DNA of 64,000 nucleotides from Eledone cirrhosa (GCA_964016885.1 OZ024752.1:14942001-15006000), one strand, 5' to 3'; shown: positions 44,347 through 58,265, numbered from the stretch's first letter. Numbers and translations are program-made. The notes: generated by a model from the sequence alone, not told the origin.

Positions 44347-45184
44347 CAAATTATAAAATCTGAGGAAATAATATACAAAAATATACCTGCTATTTTCTTC
44401 AATGTCCTGACCACACTTTCACCGATCCATGTGCAACACTCTGCAGTATACAAATGCTTCATCGCTGTGAGGTTGATACGGATTATCAAGAGACCCATCA
44501 CAATAAGGACTATTTATTTAGGCGTTTGTAGTATGTGAGAAAATCTCTAGAGGCGGAGGGAGGGTGTAACGCCTGATTGCAAAGTCCTGATTGCAGTTTC
44601 GCCGATACGTGTGCTACGTTTCTCCTACACTATAAAAAATGTATCATCACTGTGAAGTTGATACGGTTTATCAAGATATCCCTCAGACAAAAGTACTGTT
44701 CCTTGACGCGTTCGTAGTAAGAGAAAAAATCTCTAGAGGCGTGGGGAGGAATTAATACGTCATACAATGGTTAAAAAGGACTGTTTCTTGGCGGTCACTC
44801 TAACACTGACGAGTACCATCGCTGAATGTCAATATCGGTATGGGTTTTTTTATGTCTATATTGTTGGGCATCCACTGATGATTTATAAGTGCCCACCTGC
44901 ATATATTCTCATAGACTATGTGTAGGCTTCTACATAACCTGGACATTATTTTCCCAACTTGTAGAAAACTTATAATGAAACGATCGTTTGGAAAGAGGGA
45001 TGTATTTAATTATGTCTCATATAAAATAATACAACTGGCTATCCGTAAAATACGTATAGTTAGCACACCAAACGTATAATGGGGATTATACTAAGGTATA
45101 TCCTAATGTTTGTTGAGTGAGACGGAAGTCGGTCGGAGTATTGCTTAAAGCTTTCTCTGTTAATGTATTAAATATAAGACCAAT

Positions 45185-45340
45185 AATTAACCCAGTACAT
45201 TACTGGTGCTTATTTTATCGCCCCCGTAATGATGAAAGGCTAAGCTAACATCGGCGGGATTTGAACTCACATCAAAAAGGGCCGTAATCCATCCTGCCAA
45301 GCATAGCGGCCGACCCTCAACAGATACTGCCTATCCACAC
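45185..45340 (-). mobile_element. SINE family A
   Basis: tactggtgcttattttatcgcccccgtaatgatgaaaggc...gggatttgaactc. Confidence 0.8.
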
Positions 45341-46527
45341 CCCTATTAATAGAATTAATAATACGAAGGTTTGATTGCCATAATTCAGTTTATTACGTAA
45401 TTTGGTTTTGCGTGGTGTGGTGACACGGCATTTTTAGATAGCATATTAGATGGTATATATTTTATGTCTTCCGTTTCTTAAGCAATGCAGCCTAGCAACA
45501 TAAACATTTTATATCATCTAAATAAATGGGAGATGAAATTTCTTTAATGAATATAATATAGCAAATATAATATGACAATTAAGAAGAGTCTGTGTATATA
45601 TCAGAATAATAATGCAACACATAATATGGGCCGCAAAAGCTGAAAGATTTTTGTAGGTGTTGTAATACCGGTGTACAGATTTATATGAAAAAGAAAGTGA
45701 TATAGATATTTTGTCTGATATCATATAGCTGATTCGGCGTATATGTCGTCTGTGAGAATGTAAAAACCAATATGAGTAAAACATTGTTTCATCAGTAAAT
45801 GAAAAAGAAATTTTCCCAGCATTATAGACAGAAACTGGCGAGAATATATATGGATATACGATATCATTTAACCTTAAGAAATATAATAATTCACAGAACC
45901 AAAGCTCCCGCTGTTAATAAATACGTATGCAAATATTTTGAAATATGCTGACACAAACAAAGTTGAATCACTGATAGAGGACGCCAATGATAACTCCACA
46001 AATACGAATGGATACTGAAAGATGAATAGTAGAGATAACATTTAAACAAATATACATAGACAAAGGGTCTTCCTTAAAAAAGAAATATGGAATGTAATCT
46101 AGAATATTGTTCAAATACATTTGGTTGCTAAAGGAAAACAGCATTGAATATGATGACATAGAATAGTCGTAAAAATGCAAATATTGTAATGTATAGGAAG
46201 AGAGAAAGAGAGAATAGACATTACAATACAACGAAATATTTATTGCACCGAATATTGCTATACGAAAATAATTTTAACATGTTGACTTACACTTCTTGTT
46301 GTATATATAGTATATATATATAGTATATATATATATTTATTAAAATAACAGATTAAAGTTTAAGCAAAGAATCGCTGCTTTCACCCTTCTACGGTTCTTA
46401 TATATTTGATATATATTTATCCTTATCGAGCCCTCTTTGGATTTTAGTCTTCAAATTTATTATTATTACTAGTATATATATATATATATTATATATATAT
46501 ATATATATATACGTGTTTGTATGTATA

Positions 46528-47408
46528 CGAGGTGTGTCAGAAAAGTTCCAGGAGTGATGTCACAAAATATGTATTTCAAACCTAAACTTCACACTAAGAG
46601 TTTTCTCCTGCAAAGTAATCCCCTGGAGGCTAATGCACTTTTTCATCCTTTTCTGCCACGCGTGCATGCACTCCTGGAAGTATTCTTCCGGGATCCTCCG
46701 TAGTTCCGTCGTCACGGCCTTTCTGATGTCGTCAAAGTCTTCAAAACTGGTCCCCGGTGATGACTGTACTTAGCAAGTCTGGTTTGGTTTCTAGCCGCTC
46801 TAGGATCTCCTGGTACACTTGCATACGTCGACCCTTCTGGTCATCGTTCAGCAGTTTTGGCACCATCTTCTCGCAGAGTTTCCGCATGTCCAAATATTTA
46901 GTGAGAATCTTCCAGAAGCTGTCCCGATTCATGCCCAGCTCATTTGCCATCAGTCGAACAGTCAGCGGACGATCGCTTCGCACCATCTGCCTGACGCGCT
47001 CAACGTTGACCTCAGTCCTGGTTGTTGAGGGCCTTCCGCTCCTGGGGTCATCTTCCACGTCCTCGCGTCCTTCTTTAAACCTCTTGCGCCACTCAAAAAC
47101 ACGTGAGCGTGACATCGTCTCATCTCCATTCACTTGCTGCAGCAATCCCAGTGCTTCTGACGGAGTTTTCCCCAACCGTATCAGAAACATCAAGTTTGTT
47201 GGTTGGTCTATGCACATTGCTTGACGACCTGAAACAGAGGACATGTATATAAAATTATGAAGAAAAAAGTGTGATTGCTGCAGAGAGCTAAGATTATAGT
47301 TACATACTCCTGGGGGATTACTTTGAGGGAGAAAACTCACAGTGTGAGCTTTGGGTTTGAAATAAAACGTGTGTGACATCAGTCCTGGAACTTTTCTGAC
47401 ACACCTCG
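46528..47408 (-). mobile_element. Mariner-like DNA transposon, internally deleted
   Basis: TIRs cgaggtgtgtcagaaaagttccagga (imperfect out to about 100 bp), TA TSDs, HTH region FLIRLGKTPSE...RVFEW...EDDPRSGRPST. Stops after VITGD and jumps to the C-terminal ...KKCISLQGDYF, so the DDD core is deleted. Confidence 0.95.
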
Positions 47409-47879
47409 TATATATATATATAAATATATATATACATGTTTGTATGTATATATATATATAAATATATATATATTTTCTTTATATATACATCTTTATATGT
47501 ATATATATATATATATGCATGTTTGTATGTATATATATACAGACATGTTTGTATAAACATATATATGTGTTTGAAATTAGAAATTATAAACTTTCACCGT
47601 ATTTTAGACTAAAGAAATTTCTAGCCTGATAGTGGGGTTTATAACCCTCGGAGAAATGGAAAAAGATGAGTGTTCTCCGAGTGTTATAAACCAAATTATT
47701 ATCTACTCTATTTTGTGTTCTGTATGTTCGTCCTGATTATTTCCTCTGTCAGTATCGATAGTCTCCCTTCTCTTTTCAATCCCCTTACCTTCCCTTACTT
47801 CTGTGTTACTGTCATTACCTGTTTTCTGTGTCTGTCTGTTTGTTAAGATTGAGGTGGTGGTGAGAGGCATAGTATGTGT

Positions 47880-49308
47880 GTGTGTTGTTGTTGTTGTTGT
47901 TGATGTGTGCTGTTGTTGATGTGTGCTGTTGTTGATGTGTGTTGTTGTCTCCGTGTGTTATTATTGTTGTGTGTGTTGTTGTTATTGATGTTTGTGTCTG
48001 TGTGTATGTTGTTGTTGTCTCTGAGTATGTTATTATTGTTGATGTGTGTGTTTTTGTTGTTATGGTTGTTTGTGTCTGTGTGCCTGTTTTTGTTGGGATG
48101 TATGTTGTATGTGTGTGTGTGCGTATGTTGTTACTTTTGGTTTAGTATTTTGTTCTTGAGGCTCCAACGTAATTTTGTAACTGATTTGTTTATCTCTGAC
48201 AAGCATTTTATCATATTTAACTTATTATATGTGGCATATTTAGGTGCTAGCTGTAATATCGATAATTCATCAGAGTCGACTGTAGTGTTGCCGTATATAT
48301 GTGTGGTGTTGTTGTTGAATTCATCCGTTAATGAGATGTCGGCCATGTTTATACCATCAATCTTGTCTCGATATTTATCTCTATTCTCTGAAGTTTCTTG
48401 GTTTAGATTCATCTGTTAGAGCCACTTTAATTTCTTGTTAAAGTATTTGTCGCACTCCTGAACGATGTTCTTTTCTTCGTCACATATAAGGTTTATATAT
48501 ATTAATGTTTCTATTGTCATATTGTTGTAATACTATTGCCAGAATGAATAACAGAACACACTCAATGTTTGGTTGGTTTTCGCTTCTGTATCATTTATAT
48601 CAGTTAATTCATTCGGTCCTCAATGTTTACCATTGACTGACCAACGGTCAAAAATACAGATATAATTTAGATATAAACACATATATATAGTCTAACAAAG
48701 TTCTTTCGTTGCAAATCTGCAACATCGTCAGTGCTGCTATTATGTTTCCTCCTGTTGTATTGTATATTTACGCCATCTTTATTTGATTTGTTTATATATT
48801 TATTTATTTATTTATTTATTTTTGTCTTCTTCTCGACGCATGCGTTTGCGTGAGTGTATAGTGTTTGGTGTGTGTTCGAGTTTGGGGGTCTGTGTGTTGG
48901 TTAGTGTATTCTATCTTAGTTTACTAGTGTGTGTTTATATGTGTTTGTTGTTGTTGTGCTTGTGTATATATATATTTATTTATTGATTTATATTTCTCTT
49001 AGGCCAGTATTGTTTGTTTGGGTGGTGTTGTTATTCCATTCATTTTTTCCTGTTTAGCTTTTGTCTTCTAAGTTCTATTTCACTTACCTCCCTGATTTGC
49101 CTATCTGCTGGGTCATTTCTATGTTTCGATATTATTTTAATTTCAATGTTGTCTATGTTACTGTCATGTTGTTGTCTGGCATGTTCGTATGGTACTGAAC
49201 CGTTTTTTCGTCCTTTTAGTTCCCCCCAGTTTTGGTCTATCATTTCACCTATGCTACGAACTGTCTCGCCTATGTATGTTGTTGTCATGTTTCTGCAATT
49301 ACCCTCTG
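47880..49308 (-). mobile_element. Degraded PLE partial tandem: GIY-YIG end (49040-49308), terminal repeat with hammerhead, N-terminal ORF start (about 48540-48131)
   Basis: YIGETVRSIGE...EHARQQH...DRQIREVSEI..KLNRK, and ILQLAPKYA...EINKSVTKLRW. Related to the 39114-40465 family. Confidence 0.8.
48693..48736 (-). ncRNA. Type-I hammerhead ribozyme
   Basis: agca CUGACGA u-guugca-gauu-ugcaac GAAAgaacuu uguu. Confidence 0.75.
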
Positions 49309-49905
49309 TAAACCCATACGTACATATATATATATATGTGTGCATGTATGTATATATATACATACTAGTGTACGTCTGTATACATATATGTATGTACGTA
49401 TACATACTTATTTTTAAGTATCAGTCTTATTAAGAGTGAGAAATGAAATTTCGTTTCATTCTTTTCCATTTATCGTTTCCAGTACGCCCGGCCCACTAAC
49501 TCACTCGATATACAAATTAGGCTGCGCAGCCGTTAATATGCATAAGGAAAGTATATACTTCCTAACGTTCAATCATCTGACAGGAAGGTATGCGATGCTG
49601 ACAATAGCTAATAAACTTGAAACTAGTTCATCGTTCCTTTGTCAGTGTTGAACAAAAGGGCAACGATGGTTGCCAAACACTGTACGGCGTAAATCGGGCT
49701 GTTTGTTTACAAACAAACCGAACATTATAATATATTTTCGCTAAACCCATACGTACATATATATATATATATATGTGCATGTATGTATATATATACATAC
49801 TACTGTACGTCTGTATACATATATGTATGTACGTATACATACTTATATTTAAGTATCAGCCGTATTAAGAGTGGGAAATGAAATTTCGTTTCATTATTTT
49901 CCATT
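49308..49905 (+). repeat. About 1.4 units of a ~435-bp hammerhead-bearing repeat related to the 467-bp array
   Basis: Direct repeat about 49308-49470 / 49742-49905. Motif cgatg CTGACAA...GAAACTAGTT catcg at 49593-49633. Shares aaatttcgtttc, tttatcgtytcc and caaattag-ctgc with the array unit. Confidence 0.7.
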
Positions 49906-50531
<626 letters not shown>

Positions 50532-51292
50532 AACCAAAGTTTTATATGTTTCGTTGATCATTCAACGAATTCAATTTTACAATAGATTAGATGCACTCGA
50601 CAATATTTTTATCTGGATTATCTATAATATTATTCAAAATATTACTAAATGAGAAATATTATCTTAAGCAAAGTATATATTGTATTATACATATTTCAAA
50701 GGTACAATGGTGTTTCAGTACGTTTTCATCAGATAAAATATATAAGAGATTGGTTATATGACATACCCCTAAGGTCTTGAATCTTCAATCCCTGTAGTGG
50801 TAGTAAGTTATTTCCCCAACAGTCAACATTTATATACCACAAATGATATTATAAACTTAGAGAAGGAGACGTAAAACAACAAAGAAATATACAAGGGAAG
50901 CTGAAAGTGAAGATGCGGAGAGAAAAAAGTATATAAGTATATAGTTATATGTATATTATATACCCATATATATATAAGTATATATTTATATATATATACT
51001 ATATACCCATATATATATATAGGATATATTTATATATATATTTTATATACACACATATATATATATAAGTATATGTTTATATATATATATTATATCCCCA
51101 TATATATAAGTATATATTTATATATATATATTATATACCCACTCATATATATATATATATATATAAGTTATATATTATATACACATATATATATAAGTAT
51201 ATATTTATATATGAAATAAAATATATTTTCATACTAGCTGATAATCGTATTTGCGAGGCAATATTATAATGATTATATATATATATATATAT

Positions 51293-52249
51293 ACTAGACA
51301 TGAAAAATGCGCAAGCTCAAAAGTGCCACAGAATGTTATAATAAACCTTCAAAAGTGTGGGACTAGAGTTGTTGCTAAAAAATATTGTAATCATTATATA
51401 TCGTACATACTGTGGCATCCTTTATAAAAATAGCTTAAACCAACGAAGCTTTTATTTTTACGCTATTTCACTTAGTTAATTCTTAGAGTGTAACATATAA
51501 AAATATGATTTACAACTATAAAATAAATTAATTAATATAATAACAGAACTGCGGAGCTGAAATTTAGGAAATAATGGAGTATCGGATCCTGAGTTGGAGC
51601 CAGTCAATTTTGGGCCGACTCCGCAGCCCTGTATAATACATTTCATATTAAAGTTATTAATAAACCTATTTTACACTGCATGCAAATTACCATGAGATAT
51701 TGATATTAGATATAAGATACAGCGCAATATCTACAGCTGTAAAAGTACGAAAGCGAAGTAATAATAAGTGGCTTAAGGTAATTCCAATATGAAAGTTTGT
51801 AGTGATAAAAATTTGATAATGCAATACGATTGTTAATATTATAGTTCTATGAAAATGTAACAATAGATAACTAAATTATATTACTATTAGTATATTTAAG
51901 AAATTATCATTATAGATTTGATCGTTCATATAAGCATCATATTAATTTTCAACACAATTATTTTGTTACTATGAGTATATGATAATAATATTACGTAATT
52001 ATTTATAGCTGTTATTACATTAAACATAGATGTATTTATTTTTATATGTTACACTCTAAGAATTAACTAAGTGAAATAGCGTAAAAATAAAGGCTTCGTT
52101 GGTTTAAGCTATTTTTATAAAGGATGCCACAGAATGTACGATATATAATGATTACAATATTTTTTAGCAACAACTCTAGTCCCACACTTTTGAAGGTTTA
52201 TTATAACATTCTGTGGCACTTTTGAGCTTGCGCATTTTTCATGTCTAGT
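51293..52249. repeat. 213-bp inverted repeat with ~530-bp spacer (foldback or MITE-like)
   Basis: 51293-51505 is reverse complementary to 52037-52249 with about 2 mismatches. The spacer contains a hAT-MITE-like end (ccgactccgcagccctg, about 51617-51632). Confidence 0.85.
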
Positions 52250-52805
52250 TTAATATTTTTTTAAGGCAACGCTTGTAATAACTCTAGTTAAACAGGATAT
52301 ATATTAATAATAAATTATCGTTGTAATGTAATTAGATTATGTAATTGTTATTATAAATTATCTTATAAATATTAGTGTAAGATGTATAAAAATATTTTCA
52401 GACTTTTAATATAAACAACTACAAAAAACAATCAATATTAAATCAATATATTATACATAATAGAAAACATAAAATAAACAATACAAAAACAAAATATTTA
52501 CATACAATTGCAATTATCAGTGTATATACATTTTCTTTATATTCCCTGAGCAAATTAATAAGATTTGTTTTTATTGTACATAATTTGATGACTTGTTGGA
52601 GTGTATTAAAAGATAGCAACAATTTGTGATTAAATTGTTATCTTAAGCAACTCACTTTTTAATAGTTGTTGGCTGAGCGAAATTGTAAAAGCCTATGAGC
52701 AAATATAAAAAAAAATACACAAACAACCTTTCCTTGTGTTATTACAACATTAGATAAAATAATTGAGCAATGTCGTTATATTTTGCTCTTATTGCACATT
52801 AATAG

Positions 52806-52972
52806 TGTTTCTATTTTTCGGCACAAATCCATTACGGCAGTCCATTACTGGTACTTTATTTTATCGAATTAGTAAGTATGAAAGTCGAAGTTAACCTCGG
52901 CAGGATTTGAACTTAGAATGCAAAGGACCATAACAATACTGCAAAGCATGGTGTCTGACGCTCTACCAATAC
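52806..52972 (-). mobile_element. SINE family A
   Basis: ttactggtactttattttatcg...ttaacctcggcaggatttgaact. Confidence 0.8.
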
Positions 52973-53472
52973 TTGTGTTGAGCTGGTCATTAATTTATGG
53001 TGGTCGTGCGTGGAGTAGAGCAATCGCTAGTTGAAATATTATGAACAAAACATTTTTATTTGCCGAAGAAAATATTTTCAATACTGTTTGTGAATGTGAC
53101 GAAGGAAATACATTCTGATATGGAACAGTGTACAAAGTGTGTCTGTGAATAACATAATGTTACCTCATGTTGTTGTCAAGACATAATGGATTTCGTTTAT
53201 CCAGTTAGAAGATGAAACCTAGCCATCTCGGATTAGTTATATTTCATGCCATGTGTAAACGTGTTTGAGGATAGCAAAATATGCGTGTTTCTTGTCTGGA
53301 AACTTTCTGCTAAACAAATTTGTTTCAGTATATATTTAATATAATATTAATATATTTTGTAATATTATTAACTAATTATTATAATTAGCGCTTCAGGCTT
53401 TGTCTACATACTGAAACAAATTTGTAAGTCATTACCTAATTAAACTCTTTGCTTGAAATTTTATCATTCTTC

Positions 53473-53526
<54 letters not shown>

Positions 53527-53744
53527 TATTTTCCGTTGTGTTGTAATATAAATATTACACACAGTAGATTATCAGCTCACGTAGAGATTGCTCGACGGTT
53601 CCAGTTGTAGTTCCAAAAGTAATCCGGAGAAAAATAGGAAGATTTGAATGGATACAGTTTAGTTGAAAGGAATTTATTGACACGTGTTTCTATAACAGTT
53701 ACATAACCTAAAACAGCTGCTATCTACAAACTTTTAGTTATGCA

Positions 53745-53794
53745 GACATTCAATATTTCAATGTTATTATTTACTGTCATTTCATCAGAATAAT
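53745..53794 (-). ncRNA. Candidate hammerhead ribozyme of the full-length PLE
   Basis: uuauu CUGAUGA aaug...cauu GAAAUAUUG aaug. Palindromic AAUAUU, cleavage register ambiguous (AUU or UUG). Confidence 0.6.
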
Positions 53795-54361
53795 ATTACT
53801 GAGGACCTATTTAGTTTTTATAGAGAATATTAGGAGGGAGGGGTGAAGTTGTTAGAAGAATAGTTGAAGGAGTGGTTTTTCGATAGCAGTGAGAATTCTT
53901 GGTGGCAGTGAGTAATTAGATTCCCATCTGTTGTTTTGACATTTTTTATATAGAATATATTATTGGTTATTTTTCTTAATCTATAGAAGGATTAGAGATA
54001 GTAAAGATATGCGTGGTTGGTTTTGTGTTTGCACTTAATTAACATTCAGACTTAAATTTTTCTTTCAAGTGTACGTATCCTTTCACCCACGCATTCACAC
54101 ACAAATATATTTGCACACCTCTACAAAATACATATACTCACAATTCACATATTCATACTTACATATATATACACATGCATACACATATATATATACACAT
54201 GTATTCATGTACATACATACGTGCTCATGTGTATACATTTTCATACTCAACTTATCTTTATATACACACGTGTAGACACACACATATATACATACATACT
54301 CTAGTCCATGTGTACACACATACACATACATACACATCCATATACACATATATACATACAC

Positions 54362-54438
<77 letters not shown>

Positions 54439-54713
54439 CACTTTAATACATGAATACACTTACATCTAACTATACACATCAAACTTATATATATATTTAC
54501 TTATTTATATACATTTTCACATATATATACATACTTATGGACGTTTTTAGACACATTCATTATCGCATATTTGTACCTATTCTCATCAGCATATCTTTCC
54601 ATTATTAGTGTGGTAATTTAAGGTTATTAATATACATATATATGTTGAGAAGAGATTGTTTTTATATTTTTCTAACTAGATTAAGGTTTATATAGTTGGG
54701 GGATGTCCCTCTT

Positions 54714-57035
54714 TTATGTAATATTCGGCTTGTAGTGGGAAAAAAGGGTTTTAGTTCTGTGACGGCAGAATAATGTTCGTTCAATTCTGTTATTCAGCAG
54801 TTTCTTCTTGTGTGTGATTATGTAATAAATCTCAAGATTACACAATTTGCAGAAATTTTGGCTCCTGGAAAAGCTTTGGGTTTTAGCTAATTTTTCCCAT
54901 TTTAGGGTAAACTTTTGATCGCTATCCCTGAGCGTCCAAGCTTTTTCTGCTAAAGTTGTTACATTTCTTTGGCTCTGGTGTTTTATTGAGTAAGAATGCC
55001 TATACAATCGAGATTTAAACGATGTTGCCGTTGATCCCACGTAATACCACTCGTTGCCTCCGGATTTAATGGTACACTTATAAATAATATTTTTTTCCAG
55101 GCAGTTATTGCCGAGGGGGCAGTTGTCAGGATAGGTGCAGTTACAGTTGTGTACGTTGGGTTTTCTCTGGAGTAGTATTGCGGACGAACTTAGGTGTGGT
55201 TTATTTATGTTCTGTAGTGTATTGTCTACTGTTTTTTTTGTGTTCTTTGTACTTAAGTTCTTAGTGTTTTCGTTTAACCTTCTAGTATTGATCTTTTTTA
55301 TGTGTTGTTCAAGGTTTAACGCTGTAGAGTATGACAGTCTTATAGTGGTAGGGTTTAGGATTTTGTGGTATTTGTGTGATGTGGGAAAATGTCTTTTAAT
55401 TATTTTAAAGAAGAGTACAGGTAAATTTGTACTAATGGAACTATTGTATTCGGGGTTATACCATAAGTACTCTTTGCATCGCTTTCTATTAGTTTTGTTT
55501 GTTGGTTTACTGGTGTGCATACTATGGTAGTAAGTGTGGTTTGGTGTTGTGTTATTATATCTACCTATGTGGGATTTATTTTGGGTGTTTTGATTGTTCC
55601 CATCTATGTACTCTATTTTGTTGAGGTAGCCTGCTTTACTAAGGGCGTTATCGTAGTACTCGGCGTGTTCCTTAAATACTTGTATGTTAGAAGATAGACC
55701 CGAGATTCTAAGGGAAATATGTTTAGGGATAGATTTAATTATAGAGATGGGGTGGTTAGACCCAACATTTACGTATTTGAGATTTTCATTCAATTTATGA
55801 AACGGTTTAATCAAACCAGAGTTTAAATTGAGTGTGACATCCAGGAAGTTAACTACTTTAAGGTTGTATTCATATGTTATAGTTAGTCCTATTTCGAGTA
55901 GTAGTTTTCTTATATCTTTGCGTAGTTTTTCTAGTTTTTGGTTATTAAGGTTTTTAGCTAGGAGGAGAACATCGTCGCGGTATATTCCGCCGTGGAGATT
56001 GCTGAATTTTTCCTGGAGTCTAAAGGCGATAAATAACCCCACAATATCAGTTATTTCCGCCGAATCGTTAGAGCCCATTGTTATGTCAAAGTTAGAGGGT
56101 CTATCTTTACGTACCCAATAACTGTTCTCAAATTTGACTATAGTTTTCCTAGCTTCTAATATAATCTTAATTTCATCATTTGTAAGGTCAGAGTTATCCT
56201 TAGCAAACTTAATGGCTCTATTCAAAGTTTCAGGTGATATCGATGAGTAATATTCATCGATATCAAACTGGATAAACTTAGATTTATTCTTATTGCTAAT
56301 GCTATTAAACCATCTTATTGCTTCTTGGGTCTTCCCCCAGAGTTTAATGTTAACCTTAGCCTTAATTTGGGGGATGATTCTATCTAAGATATATTTGCTT
56401 ATTTTACCTATATCTGATTTAGAGGGGCAGATTAATCTAATTTTAGGGTCATTATCAAAGTTTACCTTGTGGTCCTTAAGATTGAAGGTGGGTACCGCCG
56501 GTAAGAGTGGTCCTGTCCTATCTTCGATTCCGAGATTTTTCACTATTTCGCATGCCTCATCATTGATGTGCTTAAGGGTTACTTCACTCGTTTTTCTATA
56601 TTTTTTATGTAATTCTTTTCGAATGAAGTTATTGTATGTAGTGCAATCCATAGTGTACAGGTTTGATGTTTTGTCCGCTTTTACTACAATTCCTTTTGTG
56701 TTTTTAAGGTCGTCCAGTAGTTTTTTTATATCTTTCTGTAATTTGCTGTTGGTGTTGCGTCCTTTGAATTTAATTTTAAGGATTAAGTTCATAAGGTCCT
56801 GCTCAAATGCATCTAATAGTGGGTTGGTGGGTGGGTTTTTACAAGTCCTAAAACCGAATTTGTTGTTTACACCACTTTCTAATGTTGAGTTCATACGGCT
56901 TCTATCATAGTGGAGCGTTTTCCACCTGACACGTCGAATGAATTCATTAGCTTTTTGAATCATACTCAATAAATATTCCTTTCTACCTTGGGTTGGTATG
57001 TTTTTGAGTGACATATCCAGGTAGTGTTTTTCCAT
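54714..57035 (-). CDS. Intact 773-aa PLE polyprotein (RT plus GIY-YIG)
   Basis: ATG start. Motifs SLKNIP, RRVRWK, KADKTSNLY, LKDHK, RLICPSKSDIG, FDIDEYYSSI, ITMGS, GIYRDD, NFLDVT, CNC...CPLGNNCL, NIIYKC...YYVGST...FKSR..H, CKLCNLE and CRH. Confidence 0.95.
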   Translation of the reverse strand: MEKHYLDMSLKNIPTQGRKEYLLSMIQKANEFIRRVRWKTLHYDRSRMNSTLESGVNNKFGFRTCKNPPTNPLLDAFEQDLMNLILKIKFKGRNTNSKLQKDIKKLLDDLKNTKGIVVKADKTSNLYTMDCTTYNNFIRKELHKKYRKTSEVTLKHINDEACEIVKNLGIEDRTGPLLPAVPTFNLKDHKVNFDNDPKIRLICPSKSDIGKISKYILDRIIPQIKAKVNIKLWGKTQEAIRWFNSISNKNKSKFIQFDIDEYYSSISPETLNRAIKFAKDNSDLTNDEIKIILEARKTIVKFENSYWVRKDRPSNFDITMGSNDSAEITDIVGLFIAFRLQEKFSNLHGGIYRDDVLLLAKNLNNQKLEKLRKDIRKLLLEIGLTITYEYNLKVVNFLDVTLNLNSGLIKPFHKLNENLKYVNVGSNHPISIIKSIPKHISLRISGLSSNIQVFKEHAEYYDNALSKAGYLNKIEYIDGNNQNTQNKSHIGRYNNTTPNHTYYHSMHTSKPTNKTNRKRCKEYLWYNPEYNSSISTNLPVLFFKIIKRHFPTSHKYHKILNPTTIRLSYSTALNLEQHIKKINTRRLNENTKNLSTKNTKKTVDNTLQNINKPHLSSSAILLQRKPNVHNCNCTYPDNCPLGNNCLEKNIIYKCTIKSGGNEWYYVGSTATSFKSRLYRHSYSIKHQSQRNVTTLAEKAWTLRDSDQKFTLKWEKLAKTQSFSRSQNFCKLCNLEIYYIITHKKKLLNNRIERTLFCRHRTKTLFSHYKPNIT

Positions 57036-57435
57036 TGTTGTGGTTGCGTTTGCTGTGTGGGTTGCTCGACTTTACAGGAGGTAAATATACAGTATTTTCC
57101 GTTGTGTTGTAATATAAATATTACACACAGTAGATTATCAGCTCACGTAGAGTTTGCTCGACGGTTCCAGTTGTAGTTCCAAAAGTAATCCGGAGAAAAA
57201 TAGAAAGATTTGAATGGATACAGTTTAGTTGAAAGGAATTTATTGACACGTGTTTCTATAACAGTTACATAACCTAAAACAGCTGCTATCTACAAACTTT
57301 TAGTTATGCGATAATGAATGTGTCTAAAAACGTCCATAAGTATGTATATATATGTGAAAATGTATATAAATAAGTAAATATATATATAAGTTTGATGTGT
57401 ATAGTTAGATGTAAGTGTATTCATGTATTAAAGTG

Positions 57436-57542
<107 letters not shown>

Positions 57543-58045
57543 GTGTATGTATATATGTGTGTGTCTACACGTGTGTATATAAAGATAAGTTGAGTATGAA
57601 AATGTATACACATGAGCACGTATGTATGTACATAAATACATGTGTATATATATATGTGTATGCATGTGTATATATATGTAAGTATGAATATGTGAATTGT
57701 GAGTATATGTATTTTGTAGAGGTGTGCAAATATATTTGTGTGTGAATGCGTGGGTGAAAGGATACGTACACTTGAAAGAAAAATTTAAGTCTGAATGTTA
57801 ATTAAGTGCAAACACAAAACCAACCACGCATATCTTTACTATCTCTAATCCTTCTATAGATTTAGAAAAATAACCAATAATATATTCTATATAAAAAATG
57901 TCAAAACAACAGATGGGAATCTAATTACTCACTGCCACCAAGAATTCTCACTGCTATCGAAAAACCACTCCTTCAACTATTCTTCTAACATCTTCACCCC
58001 TCCCTCCTAATATTCTCTATAAAAACTAAATAGGTCCTCAGTAAT

Positions 58046-58095
58046 ATTATTCTGATGAAATGACAGTAAATAATAACATTGAAATATTGAATGAC
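58046..58095 (+). ncRNA. Candidate hammerhead, inverted-arm copy
   Basis: CTGATGA at 58052-58058, GAAA at 58081-58084. Confidence 0.6.
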
Positions 58096-58200
58096 TGCAT
58101 AACTAAAAGTTTGTAGATAGCAGCTGTTTTAGGTTATGTAACTGTTATAGAAACACGTGTCAATAAATTCCTTTCAACTAAACTGTATCCATTCAAATCT

Positions 58201-58265
<65 letters not shown>

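Noticed and set aside
54714-57035. Selenocysteine recoding, as reported for some Naiad PLEs
   Set aside because: The ORF has no in-frame TGA and ends in TAA.
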